Assembly: GCA_048939765.1 (NCBI GenBank)
Contig: JBHLPF010000009.1
Span: forward strand, 9,590 to 73,589
Origin: Promethearchaeota archaeon
GTDB lineage: Archaea; Asgardarchaeota; Thorarchaeia; Thorarchaeales; Thorarchaeaceae
Reading direction: 5' to 3'
DNA: 64,000 bases
Of this stretch, positions 18,935 through 28,888 are shown piece after piece. Within the stretch, counting starts at the first letter, position 1, and each line of letters begins with the position of its first letter. The translations under genes and the position numbers were made by a program. The notes below the pieces were generated by a model that worked only from the letters and a program-made list of their open reading frames with translations, made no database searches and was not told the origin of the DNA.

Positions 18935-19708
18935 ATGCCTGGCAAGGTATGGAAGTACATCACAGATAAGCTGGAAACGGAAGGCGCTTGTCATTTCTCC
19001 CTGCTTGACCCCGACCCGCTAGCTATGAATAATGAAACTGTTGTAGAGCTGGCAAAGATTGCAGAGGTGTCTGGTTCCGATGCCATAATGATAGGCGGCA
19101 GCACAATCTTTGGTGATATTGATGATTCCGCCAAAGCTATCACCGACGCCGTTGACATACCTACCATTTTATTTCCTGGCAACATTACAGGTGTTACCGA
19201 GCATGCAGACGCCATGTTCTTCATGAGTCTTCTAAACAGTAGGAGTCCATACTACCTAATTGGCGCCCAAGCTCTTGCAGCGCCACGGGTAAAATTCTCG
19301 AACATTGAGCCAATTCCAATGGCATATCTTCTGATAGAGCCAGGCAAGACTGCAGCCTGGGTCGGCGACGCCAGATGCTTCCCCCGGGACAAACCAAAAC
19401 TCGTCTTGATGTATGCCCTTGCAGCAGAGCTACTTGGATTCAAACTAGTCTACCTTGAGGCTGGAAGTGGCGCCGAGGGCGGTGGAGTCCCGACACAGAC
19501 CATTGCTACTGTAGCGCAATATTGTGACATCCCCATCATCACAGGTGGTGGCTTCAATGATGCTGAATCAGTAGTTAGGGCTGTCGAAGCCGGGGCATCC
19601 ATTGTGGTTCAGGGAACGTATATCGAGAAATATGCTCAGGACGACAAAGGAGCGGGTTTGAAGAAGATAGTAAAGGCACTGAAGGACGCAGGAGCCAAGA
19701 AGATATAG
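18935..19708 (+). CDS. Geranylgeranylglyceryl phosphate synthase
   Basis: LLDPD, IMIGGS, LFPGN, SLLNS, YLEAGSGA; AAGGAGG RBS. Confidence 0.95.
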   Translation: MPGKVWKYITDKLETEGACHFSLLDPDPLAMNNETVVELAKIAEVSGSDAIMIGGSTIFGDIDDSAKAITDAVDIPTILFPGNITGVTEHADAMFFMSLLNSRSPYYLIGAQALAAPRVKFSNIEPIPMAYLLIEPGKTAAWVGDARCFPRDKPKLVLMYALAAELLGFKLVYLEAGSGAEGGGVPTQTIATVAQYCDIPIITGGGFNDAESVVRAVEAGASIVVQGTYIEKYAQDDKGAGLKKIVKALKDAGAKKI

Positions 19709-19783
19709 TATAGAGATTCGCCCTAAGTTTAAATACTCCTAAGGGCTTTTTGACCGAGAGTCCCCCAAGGGAGGTCCAGCACC

Positions 19784-20182
19784 GTGTCCTCAAAGACTGA
19801 AATGCTTACCGAGCTTCTCGAAGACCTAAGTCGTGCCTCCCAAGGTAATGTCCAGGCCAGCGTCATAATCTCCCGCTCTCAAGGACTACCGATCTGCTCT
19901 CATTTTCCTCCTACAGATGACGCTGCTATGGTGCCTGAAGAAGATGTTATAGCAGGCAGGGCTATCCAGATCGAGTCTCAGACCATCAAGGTTTTCAAGC
20001 AGCTCAAACGGGGCCCTTTTGTTAGAATGCTCATAGAGGGCGAGTCTGGGTATGTCATCGTCTGCGACGCAGGAGAGGATGCAATACTTGCGGTCCTGAC
20101 GACCAAGGGCGCAAATGTTGGCTACATGTTCTTTATGATGGCACGACACTCTAAGCGCATAGCAAATATCCTCGGCGGCTAG
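19784..20182 (+). CDS. Roadblock/LC7 domain protein
   Basis: ASVIISRSQGLPI..LKRG..MLIEGESGYVIV..AILAVL..N.G pattern. Confidence 0.88.
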   Translation: MSSKTEMLTELLEDLSRASQGNVQASVIISRSQGLPICSHFPPTDDAAMVPEEDVIAGRAIQIESQTIKVFKQLKRGPFVRMLIEGESGYVIVCDAGEDAILAVLTTKGANVGYMFFMMARHSKRIANILGG

Positions 20183-20241
20183 TTTTTCATTCCGGCACTC
20201 TTTTATTCGTCAGCTTGGGCATCTGAAAACGCATCATCCAG

Positions 20242-21183
20242 GTGAGTAGATTGGCTGACGAAAAACCAGAAACACCCGAGGAATCAGAAGAGTCAGAGGA
20301 TGAATGGGCCAAGTGGCGACAAGCAGGAGTTGTAGCCCGCGAGGCTCTTGATATCGCTCGAACAATGGTAAAACCCGGGACCAAGGTCATCGCCATTGTA
20401 GAAGCTGTTGAGAACTACATTCGAGAGAAGGCTACTGGTATCTCTTTCCCGTGCAATGTTGCCATCAATAATATCGCTGCGCATTATACCTCTCCTTTGG
20501 ATGATGAAACCATTATTGCCGAAGGCGACCTTGTGACTGTGGACTGCGGAGCCCACGTCGATGGATGCATATCCGATAGTGCGTTCACTATTGCTCTCAA
20601 TCCAGAACACCAGAGCATCGTAAAAGCGTCTGAGGACGCCACCAAAGTGGCCATCCGAATGATGCGACCCGGAGCCAAACTGAATACCATTGGGGCATTG
20701 ATCGAAGACACCATCAAAAGCGCTGGCTTTGAGCCCGTTAAACAGCTCTCAGGTCATCAATTGAATGAGTATGAACTGCATGGAGAGAAGCAGGTTCCAT
20801 GCGTATCAGGCAAGTCAGAAGTGTTGGTGGAGGAAGGTGAGGTCTATGCCATTGAAACCTTTGCTAGCACAGGTTCTGGGAACGTCACAGATTTACCAGA
20901 TCCCCTGATTTTTCAAATGTTACCCATTCGAGTCCCTGTGAGATTCAAGGGGACAAAGCGGTTTCTAGGCATTGCTCGTAAAGAGTTCAAAGAATTCCCG
21001 TTTGCTAAAAGATGGATGGCGGAGAAGCTTCGAAAAGCAGACTTGGAACTTGGCATCAGAGAACTTCAGAAGAATGGTGCCTTGATTGCTCATCACATTC
21101 TAACGGAGGAAGAAGGCGAACTAGTATCTCAAGCTGAGCACACCGTCATAGTGACCGAGAACGGCGTTGAAAGGACCACCTAG
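20242..21183 (+). CDS. map: Methionine aminopeptidase type II
   Basis: FPCN..AAHYT, D.GAHVDG..D, LSGH, AIETF, QAEHT. Confidence 0.96.
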   Translation: MSRLADEKPETPEESEESEDEWAKWRQAGVVAREALDIARTMVKPGTKVIAIVEAVENYIREKATGISFPCNVAINNIAAHYTSPLDDETIIAEGDLVTVDCGAHVDGCISDSAFTIALNPEHQSIVKASEDATKVAIRMMRPGAKLNTIGALIEDTIKSAGFEPVKQLSGHQLNEYELHGEKQVPCVSGKSEVLVEEGEVYAIETFASTGSGNVTDLPDPLIFQMLPIRVPVRFKGTKRFLGIARKEFKEFPFAKRWMAEKLRKADLELGIRELQKNGALIAHHILTEEEGELVSQAEHTVIVTENGVERTT

Positions 21184-21370
21184 CACGGTATTCGACTGTT
21201 TTCTCCCATTCGGAGCGCATCAGAATCCGACCAACCAAATTTCCATACAATTAAAAGTCCTTTTTTCCATCTGAAAGAAAGGTGGTCCCGGGAGACTGTC
21301 TTCTATTCCAGTGGTTTCGCTATGACATCTGACAGGCTCTTATCATCCTGATTGAGACGGAGGAGCAGCT

Positions 21371-22339
21371 TTGGATCGAGCGCGTGGCGATGCTCAAGAG
21401 AGGGTTAGTCAGAATAGAAGTGAACCTGAGACCCATACATGCCCAGAGTGTGGCTCGACCGGGGTAGTTGAGGACACCACTCGGGGCGAACGCGTCTGTG
21501 GAGGATGCGGGCTAGTTCTATCTGACCATCGAATCGATACAGGTGCAGAGTGGAGGGCATTCAGTTCTGAAGAGGCTGATGCCCGAAGTAGGGTTGGTGC
21601 GCCTTTGAGGTACACTGTGCATGACAAAGGTCTCTCAACGGTTATTGATTGGAGGGATCGTGACACCTCAGGGCGCAAGCTGAGTCCCAGCCGCCGCTCT
21701 GAAATCTATCGCCTAAGGAAGTGGCAAATCAGGTCACGCGTTCATAGCTCAATGGATCGGAATCTGGCACAGGCCATGTCAGAACTGGAGCGACTTGCAT
21801 CTCAACTAGGCATACCAAAACCAATTCGTGAACTTGCAGCCCTGCTGTACAGGAAGTCCATCATCAAGAAACTAGTGAGAGGACGATCTATTGAGGCTAT
21901 GGTGGCTGCAACACTCTATGCAGCTTGCAGGATACGGCAGAAACCAAGACCGCTCGATGAGGTTGCTGACGCTTCACGTGTGGATAAGAAGAAACTCGGG
22001 CAGTGTTATCGCCTTCTTCTGCGCAGTCTTGCCATCAAGATTCCCCTAAGTAGTCCAATCGACTATATCTCACGCTTTGCATCTCAGTTGTCACTGTCAA
22101 GCCCCGTTCAGCTGAGGACCGTTGAAATCCTTCAGCGAAGTAGAGACATCGGATTGACCATCGGACGTGATCCATTGGGTCTCGCTGCAGCTGCAATCTA
22201 TGTGGCTTCAATCATGCTCGATGAAAGGAGAACGCAGAGAGAGATTGCAGAGGTTGCTAGGGTTACTGAGGTGACCGTCAGGAACAGGTACAAAGAGATC
22301 GTACGGAAGCTAGGAATCGACTCTATGGCTCTAGGCTAG
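21371..22339 (+). CDS. tfb: Transcription initiation factor IIB (TFB) paralog 1
   Basis: CPECG Zn ribbon, EWRAF, RLRKWQ, RGRS, TQREIA..VTEVTVRNRYKE. Confidence 0.97.
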   Translation: MDRARGDAQERVSQNRSEPETHTCPECGSTGVVEDTTRGERVCGGCGLVLSDHRIDTGAEWRAFSSEEADARSRVGAPLRYTVHDKGLSTVIDWRDRDTSGRKLSPSRRSEIYRLRKWQIRSRVHSSMDRNLAQAMSELERLASQLGIPKPIRELAALLYRKSIIKKLVRGRSIEAMVAATLYAACRIRQKPRPLDEVADASRVDKKKLGQCYRLLLRSLAIKIPLSSPIDYISRFASQLSLSSPVQLRTVEILQRSRDIGLTIGRDPLGLAAAAIYVASIMLDERRTQREIAEVARVTEVTVRNRYKEIVRKLGIDSMALG

Positions 22340-22401
22340 TTCTCACTGGTATCAGTATTTCTGTGGCACACCCAAGTCTAGATCTGACCCGGGTTAGAGA
22401 A

Positions 22402-22743
22402 CTAACGCCGTCCTCCACCTGTAAATGACCAGTCCACTTGAACCATCTCTTCCGGGAACCCTAGCTTTGCCAAAACATCAATGATAATTCCCCGATGGTC
22501 TCCCTGCAACTCAACATGGCCATGTTTTGCAGCTCCACCGCAGGCTAGCTTGCCTTTGAGCTTTGTAGCTAGGTCTCCAAGATCAATATTCTTGTCAAAA
22601 CCTTCAATCACGGTCGTAAGACGACCCCATTTTCTTCGTTCAACAGTCACAGTAATGCGGGCTTCTTCTTGAGCTATGGTCTCACAGACACACAGGTCAA
22701 CTGGCAATCCGCAATTTGGGCATATTCCACCTTCATCGCTCAC
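22402..22743 (-). CDS. sui1: Translation initiation factor 1 (SUI1/aIF1)
   Basis: CPNCGLP..CVCE, LKGKLACGG, ELQGDH. Confidence 0.95.
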   Translation of the reverse strand: MSDEGGICPNCGLPVDLCVCETIAQEEARITVTVERRKWGRLTTVIEGFDKNIDLGDLATKLKGKLACGGAAKHGHVELQGDHRGIIIDVLAKLGFPEEMVQVDWSFTGGGRR

Positions 22744-22883
22744 GCAGTCGTATACTCCTGAAAGTTAGTTTTACAAAGATGGCTCTTTTCACGCATATAA
22801 GTTCTCTGAAGGCGAACGTCGAACTGAGCGCGAATCGTTGAGATAGGCAAGAGTAAAGAGATGTCGGTATAACGACTAAACCC

Positions 22884-24473
22884 ATGCAGAGTGGAGTCCT
22901 AATTGTGGATGCGCTGAGCGCTGGGACCGGACGCCGGGCAAGCTCACGAGACTCCATTGGCTGTGGTCCACGCTCAATCGCGGGAGTCTTGGAGAAGCAT
23001 AACATACAATGCCGCATTGTGAGGGTAGAGAATCTGCTCTCAAAACCTGGACAAATGAAGAGGGTCCGTGACATAGCAATCAGTGCGATGACCATGGATT
23101 TGCCTGTAGTGAGAAAGTTAGCTAGAAAATGGAGAAGAAGCAATTCTCAGGGCAAGCTACTGGTTGGCGGACCACTGGCATCCGCACCTGACGTTGTCTT
23201 GAAGGCATTGAAACCCGATGTTATGGTATTGGGTGAGGGTGAGGCCACCTTGGATGAACTACTCACTCACGGATTCCTTGAAGAGGAAATAGACTGCTCA
23301 GATATCAACGGAATTGCATACCTCGATGAGGGCTCTCCTAGAATCACACCTCCAAGGTCATTTCTTACTCCTGAAGAGATGTCATCAGTGTTTGTGCCCT
23401 CATCCGTACGGATTGTAGACTATCCCACCTATCAGGCTGCACGTATCTATGTGGAAACCGTAAGAGGCTGTTCAAACTTCAGACGCACAACGATTGCACT
23501 TCCCAGCGGCCAAGAGTGCACTGAGTGTGGAAACTGTGATTCTGCGGACCCGGACGCAAGACTCCACTGTCCAGAAGACATCCCTCCTGGTTGCGGATTC
23601 TGTAGCGTCCCTGGAACTTGGGGTCCACCAAGAAGCCGCACTGAAGACGCGATTGTGCATGAGGTTTCTGAGCTAATAGATTTAGGTGTACACAGAGTTG
23701 TTTTGGAGGCTCCCGACTTTCTAGACTTTCATCGAGACAAAGAAGGTCTCACAGATCCGTGCAATCCACCAGCCAATAGCAATGCGATACGCGATTTGCT
23801 GATTCGACTCACCTCAATAACAGAAGTCGCAGAAGGAACTGTCCATCTGTCCATCGAGAACATGAAGGCCTGCTTGTTCACTGACGAGGTTGCAGGTGTC
23901 CTCTCGGAATCGATGCAAGGGATATCTCCCAATATAGGACTTGAAACCGGTTCTGATGACCATCTAAGAAGCATCGGGAAGTGCGGAAGCTCTGATGATG
24001 TTTTGAAGGCAGTGAGGATAGCAAAAGCATACGATATGGCCCCATTCGTGTATCTGATCTATGGTCTTCCTGGAGAAACGCCTGATACAGTTAGGAAGTC
24101 CATAGATCTAATGAGACAAGTTGCTGAAGCTGGCGCCGAACGAATCATCCTGTACGGCTTCAGAGCATTGCCGGGGTCTGCGTTTGAAGAATTTCCTGAA
24201 CCCCATCCATCTGATGCCGTCAGCGCTCCGCTTCGGAAAGAAGCCGCTCGAATAAACCGGGCACGTAAGGACAAACATGTCGGCACCACAGTCCGTGGAG
24301 TAGTTGCTGAACCATCAATGACTCACCATGGTTACTCAATGGTCTATCCACTGAGTGAAGGACCCCTCATGACGGTGAGAGGTGGCTATTCTCCCGGAGC
24401 AGTTCTTTATGTCAAAATCATTAGGGTTCTGAGCAGCGGCCTAGTTGAAGGTGAAGTGACCGAAGAAGACTAG
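22884..24473 (+). CDS. B12-binding-domain radical SAM protein
   Basis: D.IGCGPR, VGGP, GEGE, ETVRGC..GCGFC, GLETGSD, YGLPGE; TRAM-like C-terminus. Confidence 0.85.
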   Translation: MQSGVLIVDALSAGTGRRASSRDSIGCGPRSIAGVLEKHNIQCRIVRVENLLSKPGQMKRVRDIAISAMTMDLPVVRKLARKWRRSNSQGKLLVGGPLASAPDVVLKALKPDVMVLGEGEATLDELLTHGFLEEEIDCSDINGIAYLDEGSPRITPPRSFLTPEEMSSVFVPSSVRIVDYPTYQAARIYVETVRGCSNFRRTTIALPSGQECTECGNCDSADPDARLHCPEDIPPGCGFCSVPGTWGPPRSRTEDAIVHEVSELIDLGVHRVVLEAPDFLDFHRDKEGLTDPCNPPANSNAIRDLLIRLTSITEVAEGTVHLSIENMKACLFTDEVAGVLSESMQGISPNIGLETGSDDHLRSIGKCGSSDDVLKAVRIAKAYDMAPFVYLIYGLPGETPDTVRKSIDLMRQVAEAGAERIILYGFRALPGSAFEEFPEPHPSDAVSAPLRKEAARINRARKDKHVGTTVRGVVAEPSMTHHGYSMVYPLSEGPLMTVRGGYSPGAVLYVKIIRVLSSGLVEGEVTEED

Positions 24474-24580
24474 AATGCACAATTTCTAAGGCCAGTCATA
24501 AGAAAAGCTTCATATGCAGAGAATTCCGGCGTGATGCTGAATGAACCACCGACTTGGTCAGGTTCCCGAGGCGATATTTG

Positions 24581-24724
24581 ATGGTCTACATTTGCCATAG
24601 CTGTCACAAAGAGGTCACTCCAGAAGGTTTGAAGACTCTTCCAGGCGTGAAATGCCCATACTGTGGAGGCCGGATTCTATACAAGATTCGCCCACCTGTT
24701 GTAAAGAGAGTAAAGGGTGTCTAA
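24581..24724 (+). CDS. rpoP: DNA-directed RNA polymerase subunit P (Rpo12; not in ORF track)
   Basis: Manual translation, 47 aa: MVYICHSC..GVKCPYCGGRILYKIRPPVVKRVKGV. Confidence 0.95.
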   Translation: MVYICHSCHKEVTPEGLKTLPGVKCPYCGGRILYKIRPPVVKRVKGV

Positions 24725-24733
24725 TTCCTTTTT

Positions 24734-24754
24734 ACCCTGAATGTGATTCAGGGT
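24734..24754. terminator. 9-bp hairpin between convergent rpoP and arsA/GET3
   Basis: ACCCTGAAT-GTG-ATTCAGGGT next to a T-tract. Confidence 0.4.
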
Positions 24755-24845
24755 CTGTACAGAAGGTAGATCGCTGCAATTGCTGATGCCAAGAATAGGA
24801 GAATGAAGAATGCGCCTCCGATCTTGATTCTTAATGAACGCCTCA

Positions 24846-25805
24846 TTATTGCTCTTCTCCAATGAGAATCTTCCCTAGCTCTGTGAGCCCATCTAGACCT
24901 CGGATCTCTTTATCGAATAGAGGCACCTCTGTTATATCAAGGTCCTTGTAGAGGTCCTTGATATCCACCATATTAGACTGTTGCATTTCTCTTCTTGTGC
25001 TGCAGAAGACACAGTCCGGATTGGGAGGTACAAGCTGGTTGACAATGATGTTGCTAGCGGGGATGTTCCAGCTGTGAAGACTCCCCAGCAGTCTTTGAGT
25101 CTCAAATACAGCCATAGCTTCTGGTATCATCACAATTGCAAACTGAGTCATCTCAGGATCAGAGAGCTGTATTCTTGCCGCAAGGATTTTGTCCTTTGTG
25201 CGTTGTAGCATCTCCCATGAAGACTCGTCCTGAGCGCCGCCTCCGAACATTGCCCTCAGTCCTGACATCATAGAACTCAATCTCTGGCGCAGAGTGAGCA
25301 TTCTTCCAAGCCAGCTATCCAGAAGATCAGGCAGTTCTAGAAGTTTCAAGGTGTGTCCTGTCGGTGCTGTATCGAAGATCACTCTATCGTACGACGTGTC
25401 TTCAAGAAACTCCAGCATCTTTCCAAACGCCATAGCTTCATCTGAACCAGGAGGTGACATGGCACCGATGTCTCCAACAAGCTGTGATGCCATTTCCAAT
25501 TCTGGTCCAGCGCCACCTCCTCCTATTGAATTCTGAAATTCCTGCATGCCCTTCGCGGTGTCGATTTCCATTCCCCAGAGATTCTTCACTCCCTTGATCT
25601 CAATAATCTCTCCACCTGAAAGGTCCTGATCGAAGCTATCACTCAAGCTATGAGCTGGGTCTGTTGACATCACTAGAGTTCGAAATCCATGCCTCGCTGA
25701 GAGAAGTGCCATTGCGCCTGCACAGCTAGTCTTACCGACACCACCCTTTCCACCTGATAGGATGAACTTGATGCTATCATTGTAGACGATACCCTTTATT
25801 GTCAT
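24846..25805 (-). CDS. ArsA/GET3 family ATPase (single domain)
   Basis: GGKGGVGKT, STDPAHSLSD, DTAPTGH, C-terminal CVFC. Confidence 0.93.
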   Translation of the reverse strand: MTIKGIVYNDSIKFILSGGKGGVGKTSCAGAMALLSARHGFRTLVMSTDPAHSLSDSFDQDLSGGEIIEIKGVKNLWGMEIDTAKGMQEFQNSIGGGGAGPELEMASQLVGDIGAMSPPGSDEAMAFGKMLEFLEDTSYDRVIFDTAPTGHTLKLLELPDLLDSWLGRMLTLRQRLSSMMSGLRAMFGGGAQDESSWEMLQRTKDKILAARIQLSDPEMTQFAIVMIPEAMAVFETQRLLGSLHSWNIPASNIIVNQLVPPNPDCVFCSTRREMQQSNMVDIKDLYKDLDITEVPLFDKEIRGLDGLTELGKILIGEEQ

Positions 25806-25966
25806 TCTCTGACCTCTGGCGGCACAGGCTCGTGTCAGTCTATTAATGCTTCCATGCATCCAGAAACAGCATGCATAAGTATAAGCGCGCAATATCTAAT
25901 GACGTAGGACAAGGAGTCTCACCACATCTGAGCCCCCCGAAAAGTGCATACTCCGAGGATATCTCT

Positions 25967-26686
25967 ATGTCATCTTTCCCACAAGTAAGGACTTCAGTAC
26001 TCGAATTTCCATCCACCATTATCCGATTGATGGGAATATCTCCTCCTGAGGGAATGCCGCCACCAAATGCAGAGATACTGGCAAAGTTCAATCCCTCTGC
26101 AGTAGTCATGGTCATCATCGACAACTTCGGGCTATTTGAGGCAGTGGTCTACAAGCCGGAGGCCATGATAAAGAATCTAGAGGCGCTAGCATTGATTGAA
26201 ACTGATGATCCCTATGCGATTCCTCTGATGACAGCTTTGCTTCGCCCCTTGGATGGCTTTCATATCATGAGGCATGCTCGTAACTATGGGAAGTCTGTAA
26301 AACTGATCTGCAGAGAAGAGGACACAGATGCCCTCGGTTTTGATTCAGGTATCACGGTGCACAAGCGTGACGATATGGCGACATATATTGAGGCGACAAA
26401 GCACATATTCAAGACAGAAGTGCTCTATCTCCACTTTCTCGACTTCGAGAGCCTCTACGCTCAGTATGGTCACAGAACTCCACCCAAGACACTTCTTGAG
26501 AAGATTGTACGAAGAACTGACAACTGGGTGAAGGTGTTGCTAAAACAGGCAAGGGTGGGTACACTATTCATAGTGATAGGAAATCATGGTAGGCATCCAA
26601 TACCCTTGGACTATGAAGGCAAGCTAGCAGAGTGGCGGAAGGCCAATGCACCCATTGCAATGATGTTCCAGAAGCGGTCTGAGTAG
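25967..26686 (+). CDS. Hypothetical protein, degenerate alkaline-phosphatase/PglZ-like fold
   Basis: VVMVIIDNFG..D..GH..VIGNHG echo AP-superfamily metal motifs. Confidence 0.55.
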   Translation: MSSFPQVRTSVLEFPSTIIRLMGISPPEGMPPPNAEILAKFNPSAVVMVIIDNFGLFEAVVYKPEAMIKNLEALALIETDDPYAIPLMTALLRPLDGFHIMRHARNYGKSVKLICREEDTDALGFDSGITVHKRDDMATYIEATKHIFKTEVLYLHFLDFESLYAQYGHRTPPKTLLEKIVRRTDNWVKVLLKQARVGTLFIVIGNHGRHPIPLDYEGKLAEWRKANAPIAMMFQKRSE

Positions 26687-27478
26687 TCATAGCAAAGCTG
26701 GAATCCCGAAGACAATTGCCAGTAGAGCTAGTATTAGGCATAACTTCCAAAAACTGACGTGTCGTGCCAATCTCAACAAGGTTTCCATTGATAGGAAACC
26801 GGTGATGAAGACAATGGCCTCCATGAAAACCAAATCTGCAAATCCGATTGAAGGAGGAATTGTATTTCCCGTGATTCCCTCAATGATGAGAATGCCAATC
26901 ACAGCTGGCACACTCATTAGGAAGCTGAATCTCAGTGCAGATTCCCTGTCAACTTTTTGCATCAATAGAGCGGAAATAGTCACACCAGATCTACTGAGTC
27001 CCGGAAGTACAGAAAAGCCTTGAACCAGACCTGTCACTGTAGCCTCACGGTCTCCGGGTTCTTCAGTCTGAGGAGCTGGATCTGCAGCCTCTCGTGTGGG
27101 TAAGTATAGAGCAATAGCAGTCACCAGCAGCAAGCCTCCTACTAGTATGTTCATGATTTCTCCATGAATGATTGACAGACTCTGTTTGAGGAATAGATAG
27201 AGCGGGATAGCAGTAACAGTAGTGCTGATCGTAGCAATCAGTAGCAGTCTGAAGAGCATGCGGTCCTTTAGAGTCAAAATCTCGAAGACTACCCTGGGAT
27301 AGCGTACCAAGACAGCAAGTGTTGTACCGAGGTGCAGCCAAGCGACCAAGCTCACTATCTCGCCATGTGGAACAGATCCAATGTTGTACAAGAATAGCAC
27401 AACTTGGCCCTCGCTGCTAATGGGCAACCACTCAACCAAACCCTGGATTAGTGCTACAATGACCTGCCACATTTCCAT
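26687..27478 (-). CDS. uppP: Undecaprenyl-diphosphate phosphatase (UppP/BacA)
   Basis: QGLVEWLPISSEG, LHLGT, PGLSRSG.T, FSFLMSVP. Confidence 0.93.
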   Translation of the reverse strand: MEMWQVIVALIQGLVEWLPISSEGQVVLFLYNIGSVPHGEIVSLVAWLHLGTTLAVLVRYPRVVFEILTLKDRMLFRLLLIATISTTVTAIPLYLFLKQSLSIIHGEIMNILVGGLLLVTAIALYLPTREAADPAPQTEEPGDREATVTGLVQGFSVLPGLSRSGVTISALLMQKVDRESALRFSFLMSVPAVIGILIIEGITGNTIPPSIGFADLVFMEAIVFITGFLSMETLLRLARHVSFWKLCLILALLAIVFGIPALL

Positions 27479-27568
27479 AAGATTGTCCGCTCTTGTCGGG
27501 CTTTGTACTAAACAATTAAAAGGCTAACTCAAAGCCGAAAGCACACCTCAATAGCAGGATGCGAGATA

Positions 27569-28231
27569 ATGGTCTTGGACAATGGCAGATTCATGAGTTC
27601 TGAACTTGCACGACTCACTCAAATGTTCGAAGAGCACTTTCGATTGGCTTTGTCAGCAATTAAGATTGTCAGGAGTGCCATGATTGATTGGCTCGAGGAG
27701 AGTAAAGCCGTTGACCCGGAGGATTTGAAGAAGATTACTGAACTTGAGGAAAAGGGGGATGCCCTCAAGCGTGGCATCCTTGACGAGCTATCAAAAGCCA
27801 ACTCTTTGATGCAGAGAGAAGACCTGCTACGTTTGGTTCATTACAATGACAAGCTAATTGATGGCGCTGAAATCGCCTGCTACCATCTTGCCGACGTCAT
27901 CAACTCATGGACACCAGAAGGTGAATTGAAGGAGAGCATTGCCGAGCTTGGAAGACTCGTCACGGAGGAGATTACGCAGCAGAGAGAGGCTGTCAGATTT
28001 CTCTCGATAAACATCGAGAACTCCATAGAAAAAGCCAATGAGATCTGCAGACTCGAGAAGGAGATCGACATCGTGCAGAGAAAGATTGTGGCCCTAGTAT
28101 ATCCACTGAAGATAGAGTTGGCGATTCTCCTTAGATTTCGAGACTTCATCAATACCATGGAAGAGATTGCAAACTTAAGTGAAGATGCAGCTATTACAAT
28201 CCGAGGTCTTTCACTGACACTAAACACATGA
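27569..28231 (+). CDS. DUF47 / PhoU-like phosphate transport regulator
   Basis: LEEKGD.LKR, REDLLRL..D.., LEKEID, IAN.SED. Confidence 0.85.
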   Translation: MVLDNGRFMSSELARLTQMFEEHFRLALSAIKIVRSAMIDWLEESKAVDPEDLKKITELEEKGDALKRGILDELSKANSLMQREDLLRLVHYNDKLIDGAEIACYHLADVINSWTPEGELKESIAELGRLVTEEITQQREAVRFLSINIENSIEKANEICRLEKEIDIVQRKIVALVYPLKIELAILLRFRDFINTMEEIANLSEDAAITIRGLSLTLNT

Positions 28232-28237
28232 GAGCCG

Positions 28238-28810
28238 GTGCAACTATTGTCTGAGTCTGTTGAGATTGCTTCTGCTGAGTTGATAGGAGACAGAGCAATC
28301 GTCTGGAATCCGGACCATGGTATGGCTCTCTATTCTGAGGGGTATTTTGGCCAGCCTGTTGGCATAAGAAAACCAAAGTCCCCAGTCTTCGATAAGCCAC
28401 TTGAACTCTCTCTAATTGAGTGTGCTTATCTCACCGATACAGGGCGCATTCAGGTCACCAGAACTCCAGGTAACCACGTGCTGACTCTGGATGAGATTCT
28501 TTCCTTGGGAGAGAAAATATCCTCTGATTTTCGCGACAAGTATCTTGTGTATTCACAGGTTCGTCAGCTCGGTTACATTATTCGACCAGGGCTCAAGTTT
28601 GGAACAGACTTTGCAGTCTATGAGCAGGGGCCTGGAAAGGATCATGCACCATTTCTGATCCATGTGATTCCACAGAGAAAGGGAGTAGTTCCGCTAGATA
28701 TCGTCAGAGCAGGACGGCTCGCATCAAGTGTTAGAAAGAAATTCATAATTGCCACAGTGAAGGAGAGCGGAGAGATTGCCTACTATAGCTTTGTCTGGCA
28801 CCGCCCTTGA
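28238..28810 (+). CDS. endA: tRNA-intron endonuclease (single catalytic unit)
   Basis: LELSLIE..Y, G.KFG.DF.VY..GP...HA, R.ASSVRK (catalytic Y/H/K). Confidence 0.95.
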   Translation: MQLLSESVEIASAELIGDRAIVWNPDHGMALYSEGYFGQPVGIRKPKSPVFDKPLELSLIECAYLTDTGRIQVTRTPGNHVLTLDEILSLGEKISSDFRDKYLVYSQVRQLGYIIRPGLKFGTDFAVYEQGPGKDHAPFLIHVIPQRKGVVPLDIVRAGRLASSVRKKFIIATVKESGEIAYYSFVWHRP

Positions 28811-28888
28811 CAGATAAATGAGGAAAACAAATAAGTGCCAAAAATAAACCGTTTGTCAACTCATCCAGTCCATGATGGTGATTTCTGA

